A DNA stretch of 64,000 bases, taken from positions 31,124,001 to 31,188,000 of the forward strand of contig CM069150.1 of assembly GCA_035221665.1 (NCBI GenBank), in the 5' to 3' direction. Both the position numbers and the translations under genes were made by a program. Positions 37,000-48,925 of this stretch are shown piece by piece. Source of the stretch: Okamejei kenojei (Eukaryota). The stretch's first letter is position 1. The number at the start of each line of letters is the position of its first letter. The notes under the pieces are model-generated. The model ran no database searches, was not told the origin of the DNA, and was given only the letters and a program-made list of their open reading frames with translations.

Positions 37000-38249
37000 C
37001 GCCTGATGGCAAGGTTTAAGTCCTTCGTGTTGATGCACACGAGTATTTCATTCTTGTCTTTCTTTAGCGTGGCAACCATGGTGGAGACCCACTCGGTGGG
37101 CTTGCTGACCACTTCCAGCACCCCCATTTCGACCATTTTGTTGAGCATCGCCTCGACCTTGTCTTTCATGGCATGAGACATTCTGTGAGGTGCGCGAACC
37201 ACGGGCGTCACTTTTGGGTCAATGGAAATATGGTAAGTCAGTGGTAACTTTCCCAGATCATCGTTGAACAGGTCCGGGTATTCTGCTACTGGGCCAAACG
37301 ACATTTGCACTTTGTGGACTGTGCAGTCGAAGGACACCAGGCCAAGGTCCTGGCACGCACGGTTGCCCAGCAGAGTCACACAGTCAGAATTCAAGACGTA
37401 AAAAAACAGGTTTTGCGTGGCCTTTTGCAGGTGGCCCTCCCCACCGGCCTGAGAATCTCTCCTCCATAGGCATGCAGAGTAGAATGGTCAGCAATCAAGG
37501 GCTCGTTATTCCTTATCTTGTTGAAGAGGTTCCTTGACAAAACATTCACTTTCGCTCCAGTATCCAACTTAGCAAGGAAGGTCAAACCACTGACAGTTAT
37601 AGATACGGTAGGATCGGAACGCTGGCCAGGTGCGTGGAGGAGTGTAAACACGCTCGACTCCTCTGGAGAACTAATTGGATCCGCATCGTAGGATTCTGCT
37701 ATGGAGGGCTGTGAGCCGTAACAGCCATCAGATTGTGTCAGCCTGTTTAGATTAGGTCTGGAAGCCTGTACAGCTTTCCCACGGGCTCGACAGGCTGCAG
37801 AGAAATGGTTTAGCTTTTTACAAAAATTGCAGGCCTTACCATAGGCGGGGCACGTCGACAGTCTGTGGTGCATGTAGTTACAATTTGGGCACTTTTTGGG
37901 GGGCATTTCGCCAGGACCTGGGTTGGCACGCGGCAGAAAAGCAGTGTTTCCCATCCGAGGCTGTGGTCTCTTAAACCCAGTCAGGTTGATAGATTTAGTG
38001 CCCGAATCACGGTGGTCATCTGACAATTCAACGACCTCAGACATTCTGCAGGCATCCATAGCTTTGATCAACGTTAGATCAGAATCCCTTAGAAGCTCAG
38101 AACGCAACTTCTGGTCACGCATGCCAGTTACCAAAATGTCTCTAGTGAGCCGGTCTGTCATGTCACCGAAACGGCACTGCTGGGCAAGATAACGCAAATC
38201 AGCAATAAAACATTCAACAGGTTCATCTGGCAACTGTTTCCTTGTAATC
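37000..38249 (-). mobile_element. Gypsy (Mag-like) gag-protease-partial RT fragment, inverted relative to its LTR
   Basis: Gag Q..DEPVECFIADLRYLAQQCRFG, zinc knuckle CNFCKKLNHFSAAC preceded by a second Cys/His motif, protease LDTGA, then after a frameshift RT N-terminus PTEWVSTMV..KK..EILVCINTKDLNLAIRR. Confidence 0.92.
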
Positions 38250-39189
38250 ATTTATCCAGGGCCATCCATACTGAAGTTACTGCTAAGGAATCACACCAAT
38301 TCCAAAGACTAAGGAAGTTCGCCATGTCTCAAACGACTCTTACTAACTTCTACAGATGCACCGTAGAGCATCCTATCCTATCACAACTAGTTTGGGAACT
38401 GTTCTGGATGATGGTAAACTATATATATTTTTAAATCAGGGCTGCAAAATGCAAGATTAAGTAGCCTCCAGAATTTCGGCAAAGTGGCCACTGGAAAGGC
38501 AGGCCTGGAAATTCAATGACATAGGTAGAGTCATAGGTTAAGAACATTTATTTGCGTATAGTGGAAGTTGTTATTGTTACTTGATGGACAATCCTTAAAA
38601 ATATGCAGTTCTTAAAATAAACACTAGTTTGCTGGAACATGATTAAAACAACCCTGTCCTTGAAGGTTTTACATATGTTTTAGCAATCACATTGGAATGT
38701 AATATTGGTAAGGAAGATAAAACAAGGGCGTGCGCGAGCTCTGTATCCATCCCACTGCAGCTGTGGACCCGACCACACACCGCTCTCATATCGCACAGCT
38801 CCTGTAAACATCCCCCTCCATAGCCCAACTCCTTGCATTTGTCTCCACACCCTATTTGTTACCTTCCGAACTGTACATGCTTGAACCAATTAGCATTTTC
38901 AAAGACTCCAGAATTGATAGTGCAAGGAGGTACTGAGCCTGTTATCAGAACAAACTGAGATCTGGTCAGCATCAGTCCAAAGTCTGGACTCAGCCCCACT
39001 GTAGAACTAAACATAGCTTGCTTGGTGCTTAAAACTTTTTTTAAGTTTGACTGTTTAATACAATTCTAGCTTTGATCCACACTTACAAATTTTGAGCAAG
39101 GCAGATTAGGAAGGAGATGGTGGCAGCAACATGAAAGTTCCTTTGAAGATTCAGAATTATTATGTGAGCTTTTCTCCTGCATGCCGCAG

Positions 39190-39710
39190 GGTGGGAAATA
39201 TCAGCAAGGTGGCACAGTTCCAGAGATCTGGATTCAATCCTCACCTCCAATGCTGTTATGCATGTGGTATTGGCATATTCTTCCTTTGACTGCATGGATA
39301 TTCAGTTTCCTCCCACATCCCAAAGATGTGCACACAGTGGTGCAGCGGTAGATTTGCTGCCTTATAGCACCAGAGACACAGTTTTGATCCTGACTTTGGG
39401 TGCTGTCTGTATGGAGTTTGTATGTTCTCCCCGTGACCACGTGGGTTTTCTCTGGGTGCTCCCGGTTTCCTCCCACACTCCAAAGACGTACAGATTAGTA
39501 GGTGTGAATTGTAATTTGTCCCTTGTGCGTAGGATAGTACTAGTGTACAGGAATCACTGGTTGGTGCGGACTCAGTAGGCCGAAGGGCCTGATTAAGTAT
39601 TGTATCTCTAAACTAAACATGCAGGTAGGTAGACTGATTGGCCTTTGTAATTTAATTTCTTGGTATAGGTAATAGTATCTGTTGATGGGAATATGCAAAG
39701 AATAATTGGT
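39190..39710 (+). mobile_element. HE1-like SINE (~39333-39618) nested in an older SINE
   Basis: The older copy breaks at cccaaagatgtgca and resumes at atgcaggtagg after a complete younger copy with a ctaaactaaa tail. Confidence 0.75.
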
Positions 39711-41406
39711 ATTGGTTTAATATTGCCACGTGCCAAAGTTCAGTGAAAAGCACACAACAAAAGCTTTTCACTGTAACTTGGTACATGTGACAATAAACTC
39801 AAAATCTTTGATTTGCGAGCTATCTAGGCAAATCATGCCAAAAATTACTAGTATGGGTATTGCGAAGAAGGCAATAAATGGAGTGCAGAATACGTTACAG
39901 CTACAAAGAAAGTGCAGATAAAAAAGGCTTTAAAATAACTATGTGCCTGCACTCCTAGATCGCTCTACTCTACAACACTCCCCTGAGCCCTTCCATTCAC
40001 TGTGAAGGTCCTGGCCTGATTTGACTTTGCAAAATACAATACCTCACACTTATCTACCCAATGGAGGACCCGGCATGGGGGGGCCGCCATGAGGAACGGT
40101 GGGAGAACAAAGGGGGACACGGTGTGGGGGAGGAGGGTGGTGGGGCACTCTAGTTTTAGTATCCTCTGTCCAGCAGATGCCTGCACTCGTTTGTTTGTTT
40201 GTTCGTTCCGGCTAAGGCGCGGTGCACACGGCAGCCAGCCAACAGTCGCTTGTCGTTTTCTTTTTTTCACTTTAAATTTAATTTTAAGTTCAACTTTTTC
40301 ATTTACCTTGTTGTGTGTTGTGACTGTTGGCAGACCAATTTGCCTCTGGGGATGAATAAAGTTTTATTGTATTGTATCGTAATAACCATTCCTCAGTCCA
40401 CGCGCAACTGAACAAGATCCTGCTATAATTGTTGATGACCATCTTCACTATCTACAGTACTACCCATTTTAGTGTCATCTGCAAACTTGCCTTGCCTTGC
40501 ACACTTTCATGCAATTTTTTTAATATAAACCTTGATCATGCCTTGCACACTTTCATCCAAAATGTTAATGTAAACCACAAACACCACTGAGCCCAACACC
40601 ACTCCCAGGGGCACACCAGCCATCACAGAATTCCAGTCCAATAATCAACCCTCCATCTTCACCCTCTGCGTCCTTCCATGAAGCCAATTTTCTATCCCAT
40701 CAGCTGGCTCTCCCTAGATCCCATGCAACCCAACCGTCTAGAGCAGCCTACTAAGCAGAACCTTTTCAAATGCCTTGCTTCAAATCCAGGTAGTCAACGT
40801 CTGCAGCTCTGCCCTCATCAACCTTGTTCAACATCTTCAAAAAACGAAAGATTCATGAGACACGATCCATTGTCGTTTCTAACGTCTAGATACTGTATGT
40901 GTCTGGTCAGTAGGAGACAATGCAAAAATGCATTATCTCACACTTGTTTGGATTACGTTTTATCTGCACGGTTCCGTCCAGCTTTTCAGCGGATCTATGG
41001 CCCTGTGCATCATTACACAGCCACCCTCACAATCTATACCCACCAATCTTGGTGTGATCAGCAACTTATCAGATCACAGTCATTCTAATTCAAGTCATTT
41101 ACATACATGACAAATAACAGAAGGTCCCAGCATTGAATCCCATCAGCAATCAAGTGAAAAACAAAATGCTTGCACATATACTGTAATACAAGGAACTGCA
41201 GATACTGGTGTCCCAAAAAAGACAAAGTGCTGGAGTAACTCAGCAGGTCAGGTAGCTCCTCTGGAGAGCAGGGACAGGCAACATTTTGGATTGGGACACT
41301 TCTTCAGACTGAGTGTGCAAAAAAAAAAGCACTCTGTGTCTTATTTTTCCTTACATGTACTGTTATGTAGCTTCCTGAATTCCAGTTACTGTTTGCTTCA
41401 CGGTTA

Positions 41407-41753
41407 AGGGCCTGTCCCACTTTAAGAGGTAATTCAAGAGTTCTCCCGAGTTTTCCCCCGATTCGAACTCGGGAATGTCCGTAGCGGGTCCGTAGGAGTT
41501 CGTGGATGTCTCGTAATGCTAACGGTAGGTACTCGGGAAATCCGGTACACCCGAGACATTTTTTCAACACTGTGAAAAATGTCCACGAGTAAAAAAAATA
41601 TTCGTGATGAAAAAAATTGTTACTTTTTACTCATACGAGCCGCTACTAGACATCCACGAACTCCTACGGACCCGCTATGGACATTCTCCGAGTTCGAATC
41701 AGGGGAAAACACGGGAGAACTCTTGAATTACCTCGTACAGTGGGACAGGCCCT
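41407..41753. mobile_element. PIF/Harbinger MITE
   Basis: ~100-bp TIRs starting AGGGCCTGTCCCACT; TTA TSD at 41404-41406 and 41754-41756. Confidence 0.88.
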
Positions 41754-42767
41754 TTAGGGCTTTCTTAAACCAGCTGGAAAAAAAGTTCCAACAAGCAGAG
41801 ATAATCAGCACTAAGACTTTCACAGATTAACAGACTCACATACGTCAGAGAGGAAGCACTTTGTTACATTATCACAATCTCAATCCCAAAAGACAGGCAG
41901 GCAGTTTTAGCAATAACCACAAGCCGAAGCAACAACAAAGACTTTGGTAAAATACAGCTGTGCAGTCCGTTCACCACAGAAATGCAGCTGGAGCGAACGG
42001 TTTTTAATTTGTGTCTTTAAGACTGTTCATTAGTTTCCTACTCCAGCATATAATTTCTCCGAGTAGCTTTACTGCTCCCATCATTCAACATCATCGTTAC
42101 CAGTGACTGACCAGCAACCTCCGTTATAATGGAGGATGGACAAACTGATCTGTTGTGTCACACCTCCCCCCCCCTCCCACCCCAAAAACGCACACCTGCC
42201 TTACAGTGCCACACCCCCGCGGAGACTTACCATACATTTCCAATGCCCACGCACATTCCCCACATCATTCCCACCCCACCTTCTGAAGAGAAGGGCAAAA
42301 TGCTCCCCTGACATTAAAACAAGAATCCACCCACACAGATGAGCGCTGAAGTCAGATGGCGCCCATTCACCTCCAGCTCATCTGTTAGCAGGCTCGGCAG
42401 TTCTCATCTCAGAGGAACTCCAGACGGAACCTGCAATGTGGTGATCTATCAGCTGCTGCACTTCGTTTAAATAAAACTGAGGCACCCGAAACAGATCTCA
42501 TACTGTCTTGTACTCACCAGTCCTCCTTGGGAATTAAATAGAGATTTCAGTTCATCTCAGCAAAGCAACAAATTCTAAATCTGACTCACCAAGTTTATAG
42601 ATGTGCACATTTTAAATTGGTTTAACAACAGGTTCAGCGAACCCTCCTTTCTCCAGTAATTCAGTGATGTTGTCTTCTGAATCCATTTATACCGTCACCT
42701 TTAGTGACCTTCCTTGGCAAAAAAAGGCCCATAACAGGATTCCTTTTAAGGTGAAAACCTGCTCTTT

Positions 42768-43085
42768 GGGACGGCACTGTGGCACAACTGGTAGAGCTGC
42801 ATGCAGCCTCACAACGCCAGAGACCCGGGTTCGATCCTCACCTTGGATGCTGTCTGTGTGGAATTTGCACATTCTCTGTGATCTTGTGGGTTTCCTCTGG
42901 GTGCTCCAGTACCTTCCCATATCCTAAAGATGTACGGGTTTGTAGGCCTTAATTGGCCTCTGTAAATTACACCCAGTTTGTAAGGAATGGATGCGATAAC
43001 TTGGAACTAGTGTGAATGGGTGATCGATGGTCAGTGTGGACTCAGAAACAAGGTCCTGTTTCCATGCTGTAGTTTGCAATCAGTT
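42768..43085 (+). mobile_element. HE1-like SINE
   Basis: gggacggcactgtggc head, B-box gggttcgatcc, core and CR1-like tail. Confidence 0.8.
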
Positions 43086-44544
43086 CAATCTGTTCTTGAT
43101 TTGAAATTACAGAGTTTCAGTACATGCTCAAAACAACTTTAGTACAGCAGACACTTCTCTCAGCCATCCATCTGCAAGACTTTGGAAACTACAATGAAAT
43201 CCTCATTTTCTAAGGAGGAGCAAGACATTCCTTGCCACTGACACTCCTGTTGCAAATTTTGCATTTGGTCTTGATGTTTCTTCATCAATGAAGCAATCTT
43301 TCAGCAGTTTCTGAGATATTTAACAAGGGTAAACAGATGAAATGTATACATTTCATCTGTTCCATTTGATTAGTACTCATGGAACAGATGAATCACAAAG
43401 GCAGTCTAATTAGTCTTTTAATTAAAGATAAACGATGAAGACCTCCGACTAAATAAAAACACATAATGGAAGATGTCTTAAATTCTAGGAATGTTCTATC
43501 CACAAGGCAGAATTATTCAATTATTAAAATAGTACACAATACATTGTACAGTTTTAAAAATCAGATAAAGCATTAACTCCTGGAAATTATTTGTTCATTA
43601 CATTTAAGCTGTGACTTGGTATTATTGATTGTACCATCATACACTCTTCCGTTTGTAACCCATAGAGATTCCTACAGCATAAAACATTGAACCTGCACTA
43701 ACGACAGCCATGAGGCAAGCGGTTATCGTCATTGCATTCAGACTGCGTTCGGAATCTAAAGCACCTCGTTTAAATGCAAGATGAGTCCGTCTCCAGGGTA
43801 TGTCGTACCAATCTCTGCAAATAGATCCACTAGATTTTTAGGTGTTGTAATGTAGCTACATTCAAGCTTATTCAATTAACAGCCTCTATTAGTCTCCAGA
43901 GTGACTCACAAATTGACCTCTGCATTCAGGAAAGTACAGTGCCATCCATGCCTTTGCTTGACCCAGGAGTAAATAATCCAAGTGCACTTCTTTACTGCAC
44001 AGATGCAACTCAGAATCGTTTCATTCATTACAAATTGACTTTGAGATTAAAAAAACATGTTCAATCAGCACAAAATGTTTATTTTCCACATTAGACGTTT
44101 AGTTTCTATCCAGCAGTTTGATAGCTTTGAGCTAAACTTCTATTTCTCAAAGGGGAGGGCCTTAATTCCATTTCAGAAATTCAAGCTTACAAACTCGTCA
44201 AATTTTTCCACAGGGAATTCTGCACTGTCACAGGCAAGATCTTTCAGATAAGACATTAAACTAAAGCCGGGCCTGTCTCTCAGTAAGGTGTAAAAACAGC
44301 CCGTTGTAACATCGAAGACAGAAAAATAGTAGCTGGGCCATTGGGCCCTTTCAGTCCATTCCACCATTCAATACAATCATGGCTGATCCCATATCTCAAT
44401 ACCCACACTTGGCCCTAACTACTTTACCCCATTTTCTAAGGTCGCAATCTTTGGTATCGACCCCCGCTCTGCAAAAAAAATCTCCTTGCATCCAGCCTGT
44501 CAAGCTGTGCAAGGACTGTGCATTGCAATGAGATCTACCCACTA

Positions 44545-45225
44545 GACCCTTAACAGCATTGATATGCAGCCCAAGTCCATAGCTCACTAAAGGTGATAGG
44601 GTGGTACAGAAGGCATGTGGTATGCTTGCCTTCATTGCTACAGGCATTGAATATAAAAGTCAGGAAGTCTTGATACAGCTCTGTAGGACTTTGGTTGGGC
44701 CGCATTTGGAGTATTGCGCACAGTTCTGGTCACCCCGTTACAGGGTGTTGAGGTGGTTAACCTGAATGCTGCCTGGATTAGAGGGTTTCAGCTACAGGGA
44801 GAGGTTGGATAGACTTGGATTGTTTTCCCTCGAACGTCAGAGTTTATGGAGCGACTTGATACAAGTATATAAAATGATGAGAGGCATAGATAAGGTAGTC
44901 AGTCAGAACCTTTTTCCCCAGGGATAAACAGTAGAGACACAGTTATAAGGTGAAAGGGGGAAAGTTTAATATGGATGTGCGTGGCATTTTGTTTTTACAC
45001 AGAGGTTGATGGGAGCCTAGAAAGCATTGCTGGGGTGGTGGTGGAGCCAGATACCAAAGTTGTTTTTTAGAGGGTTTTCATAGGCACATGGAAGTGCAGA
45101 GAACAGAGGGATATGGAACCTGTGCAGGCAGATGAGATCAGTTTAACTGGGCATCATGTTCGACACAAACATTGTGAGCCAAAGGGCACCTTCCTGTGAT
45201 GTACTGTTCTATGTTCTATGTTCTA
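44545..45225 (+). mobile_element. CR1 LINE 3' fragment
   Basis: ccgcatttggagtattgcgcacagttctggtcacc (PHLEYCAQFWSP), ttttacacagagg, (gttctat)n tail. Confidence 0.85.
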
Positions 45226-46786
45226 AATCCATGAACAGCAGCAATCTACCCAATCTCCCCTCAAAATACAATCTTGTAACCTCGGGTATCAATCTGTTAA
45301 ACCTTTGTTGCTGAAAGTATATCCTATCTGTGGGAAAAGGACGAAAACTACACACAATTCTGCAAGTGTGGAATTAATAAGAACTTATATAATGCTACTA
45401 CTGAAATAATAAAAAACAGGGGTTTTGGTCAATATTTATTCCTCAATCAAAATTATATTAAGTCTCAAGTAAAGTCAATTGCATTTGCTGGAATCATCCT
45501 TAGAACACAAACTGCTGGAGAAACTCAGCTGGTCAGGCAGTATCTCTAGCGGACATGGATAGGCAACATGTCAGATTTCACATTCAGTCTTTTTCAGACT
45601 CAAATATGCTGCCTGACCTGCCAAGTTACTCTGGCATTTTGTGTTCTATGAAAGGTTGTCATTTCTTTCTTTATACACAAGATCCACCAATCCCGGCATT
45701 GAATGGGATAAGAAAGTGCATTAATCTCATGCTAAACACCACCCTGCATACCAAACATGTGTCAAGCATTAACAGGGTAAAATTCTCCACAGAAATGCAG
45801 TGCAAGGAACAGACTATTATCAAAGTGCAAACACTTAATGGTGTGTTGCCAAGTTTGATTTACAGTAGAATGATGATTGGTTCCACTCCAAGTGGTGACG
45901 GCCTTGTCGCTGCGCAGAACTTACTTTCAGGCTAACACACTTTGGAAAACGACCACGCAGACTAATCAGTGAGCGGTTTTCCAAATTCTCTGGGGAAAAA
46001 CCCGCCCACATCAATCACCCCAAGAATTCCTGGCCCTCTTTGATAGAACTTAATTTGTAAAACATCTTTGCCATTTGTTTTCTTGTATGGAATAAGTATA
46101 CTCAATCTCAGTTCAAGCACTGGATACAAATTTACGACACACGTTCCTGGGATAATTAAATTATCATGGGTGGGAGGGTGCGGAAAAGTGGAAGGATGTT
46201 TGTTACAAGGATATCACAGAACAAAGTGCTTTATATTGTAAAACAAAATCAAGTTGTACATTTCTGGCCTTATTCATCAATGTAGCTTTATCCTATGTAA
46301 AGTAAAGAATCCTTTATGTAAGTTGTTTGCAAATACCGAATCACTACAGTAATCGTGACATGGCATTTTTTAAACCCTTATAGATTAATGTATTTGATAT
46401 GATTTATTGCCATAAGAGCTCTAACCTTCAATGCTTCTGCAGGCAGTTTGTTAGTCCCAATTTTGATCAGTCTCACAAAACAGATTTTAGTAATTTTACC
46501 ACAAAGCTTCCTTGAAATGCAGGTTTATGACCACGTTCCTAATGTCTGCACACCCAGTTTTACATTGACAAATGCGATGCTACATGTTTAAGTCTCAATG
46601 TTCAGAAGAAACATTCATTGTTGGCTCAGATTTCAATTTTGCTTTTTGATCCTATACAGTTCCTGAACAACCTTCTTTAAAAACTCTGCACTGACCAACA
46701 ATTTTATGGCCTTAGCTGGTGCAATTTCATCTTTGGTTAAGCTCTAAAGCAATAAACATGAATAGTTTCCCTTATCCCTAACCAGT

Positions 46787-46883
46787 CTGAAGAAGAGTCT
46801 CGACCTGAAACATCAACCATTCCTTCTCTCCAGAGACGCTGCCTGTCCCACTGAGTTACTCCAGCTTTGTGTGTCTATCTTCA
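46787..46883 (+). mobile_element. Penelope-type terminal repeat with hammerhead-like core
   Basis: ctgaagaagagtctcgacctgaaacatcaaccattcc..gagttactccagc. Confidence 0.6.
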
Positions 46884-48339
46884 ACATGAATAGTTTCTTC
46901 AGTTACTACCACCATCCATGATTTAAATAGATGTTAATTTTAAATAATCCATTTTTTATTCCCTCTGGGTGTTTCTAGGCCTCTGATCATATCACTGTGA
47001 AGAAAAGTCCTTCTTACATTGCCTACTTAGCAAATGGGCAATTCTATTATTTTGGCAATCAAATGTTAAGAGGCCAGCCATCAGTTTTGCCCGATCTCAT
47101 GGTCCAACAAAGCTTTGAACTTTGTATGACTCTTAAGTCAACCTTGACTGATTGATTATTGTACAGCAATATAATAAAAAAACATGGACCATAAAACAGA
47201 ATGCTCACAGTGAACTCACGATCAGACTGTACTGTGAACTGCTGACTTTGTTCCTTTATGCCATCACCACTTCCAAACATCCCGTGTTGCTATCATTACG
47301 TGTACATTAAACTGATCAATGGCTTGGCAAGGAGATGAAATGCAGTATCAAATCTCAAACCCCAGTTCCCTTAACAATTACTAATGGTATTAAATACATG
47401 AAGGAAATTTATAATCTGAATTTTAAAATTACTTCTTGAACCATAATCATACGTGGCTGTAACTTGCCATGATAGATTGATGTGCAGTGTGCAGGAAAAC
47501 CTGAGGGGATCCTTATACCATTCGGAAATGTTGACTGCAGAGGACTTCCATCAGGTGCAATAATAATGGCAGCACCTTGGTGCAGTTGGCAGACCTGCTT
47601 CCTGGTAGCTCCAATGATCAGAGTTCAATCTGATCTCCAGTGCAGCTACTGTCGAGTTTACATGTTCTCTCTGCGACTATATAGGTTTCTCCTGGGTGCT
47701 CCAGTTTCCTCTCACATCCCAAAGACATGTGGGTTGGTTGGATAAATTGTTCCTAGTATAGATGACTTGTGAAATATGTGGGGAATTGATGGGAATGCTT
47801 CGAGCATATAAAATGGGGTTCGAGCAGATGGGTGCCTGCTGGTTGGCGCAGACTTATTGTGCCAAAGGGTTTCCCTTCTGTCTTTAAGATAATAATAGAA
47901 AGCACCAGTTTAGTGTCGATGCGAATGCCATTGATGCCTGTGTGTGACCCCATATTGTGATCCAACACATCGAAACATTTAAGCAGCAGGTGTGGATAGC
48001 AAATGTAATAGTCTCCTTTTACACCAAACACGGCAAAATCCAGTGAAATAAAAACGTGGAGAGCTCTCCTCGTGGGAACGTGATGATGTAATGTTAGCTG
48101 GACAAACAGCGACACTTCTTACATGTGCCAAAAATCAAACTGCGGTCATCTGAAGGATTTGCTCAACTGGAAACAAGTTTAAGCAGCGTGTTTGATCCCT
48201 GTAGGCACAGCTGCAAGAAACAAGGGAAGGGAGACATCAAGCAACAAAAATACATGTTAAGAAAAGCAAAGCCCTGAAGGTACCATCACCAATGACCATG
48301 ATCGGCCTTAGGCCAATGTGATGGACAAAGTGCTGGACA

Positions 48340-48505
48340 AAGATAGACAAAAATGCTGGAGAAATTCAGGGATGAGGCAGCATCGATGGAGCGAAGGAAA
48401 TAGGCGACATTTCGGGTCTCACCCATAGATGCTGCCTCACCTGCTGAGCTTCTCCAGCATTTTTGTCCACCTTCGATTTTCCAGCATCTGCAGTTCCTTC
48501 TTAAA
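48340..48505. mobile_element. Inverted Penelope-type repeat
   Basis: gacaaaaatgctggagaa..gaggcagcatc mirrored by gatgctgcctc..ttctccagcatttttgtc. Confidence 0.6.
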
Positions 48506-48567
48506 CAAAGTGCTAGACGATGCTCTTTCTGTTTTCCTATACAGCCCTAGTTTCCATTTCAAACAAT

Positions 48568-48925
48568 TTAGTCATAGTCATACAGCGTGTAAACAGGCCC
48601 TTTGGCCCAACTTGTCCACACCGACCAACATGTTCCATCTATACGAGTCCCACCTGCCTGCATTTGGCCAATATCCCTCTAAACCTGTCCTATTCTTGTA
48701 CATGTCTAAATGTTCTTAAACGTTGCCACAGTACCTGCCTCAACTACCTTCTCCGGCGGCTCGTTCATTACACCCACCACCCTTTGTGTGAAAAAGTTAC
48801 CTCTCATGTTCCTATTAAATCTTTTCGCCCTCAACTTAAACCAATGTCCTCCGGTTCTCGAATCCCCTACTCTGGGCAAGAGACTTTGTGCGTCTACCCG
48901 ATCTATTCCTCTCAAGATTTTGTAC
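48568..48925 (-). mobile_element. CR1 3' end
   Basis: MRGIDRVDAQSLLPRVGDSRTGGHWFKL..FFTQRVVGVMNEPPEKVVEAG; (tatgac)n tail. Confidence 0.85.

Larger units (their letters stand above)
36627..38402 (+). repeat. 153-bp direct duplication (36627-36779 and 38250-38402) flanking the Gypsy fragment
   Basis: atttatccagggccatcc..tttgggaactgt present twice with 3 substitutions by eye. Confidence 0.95.
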
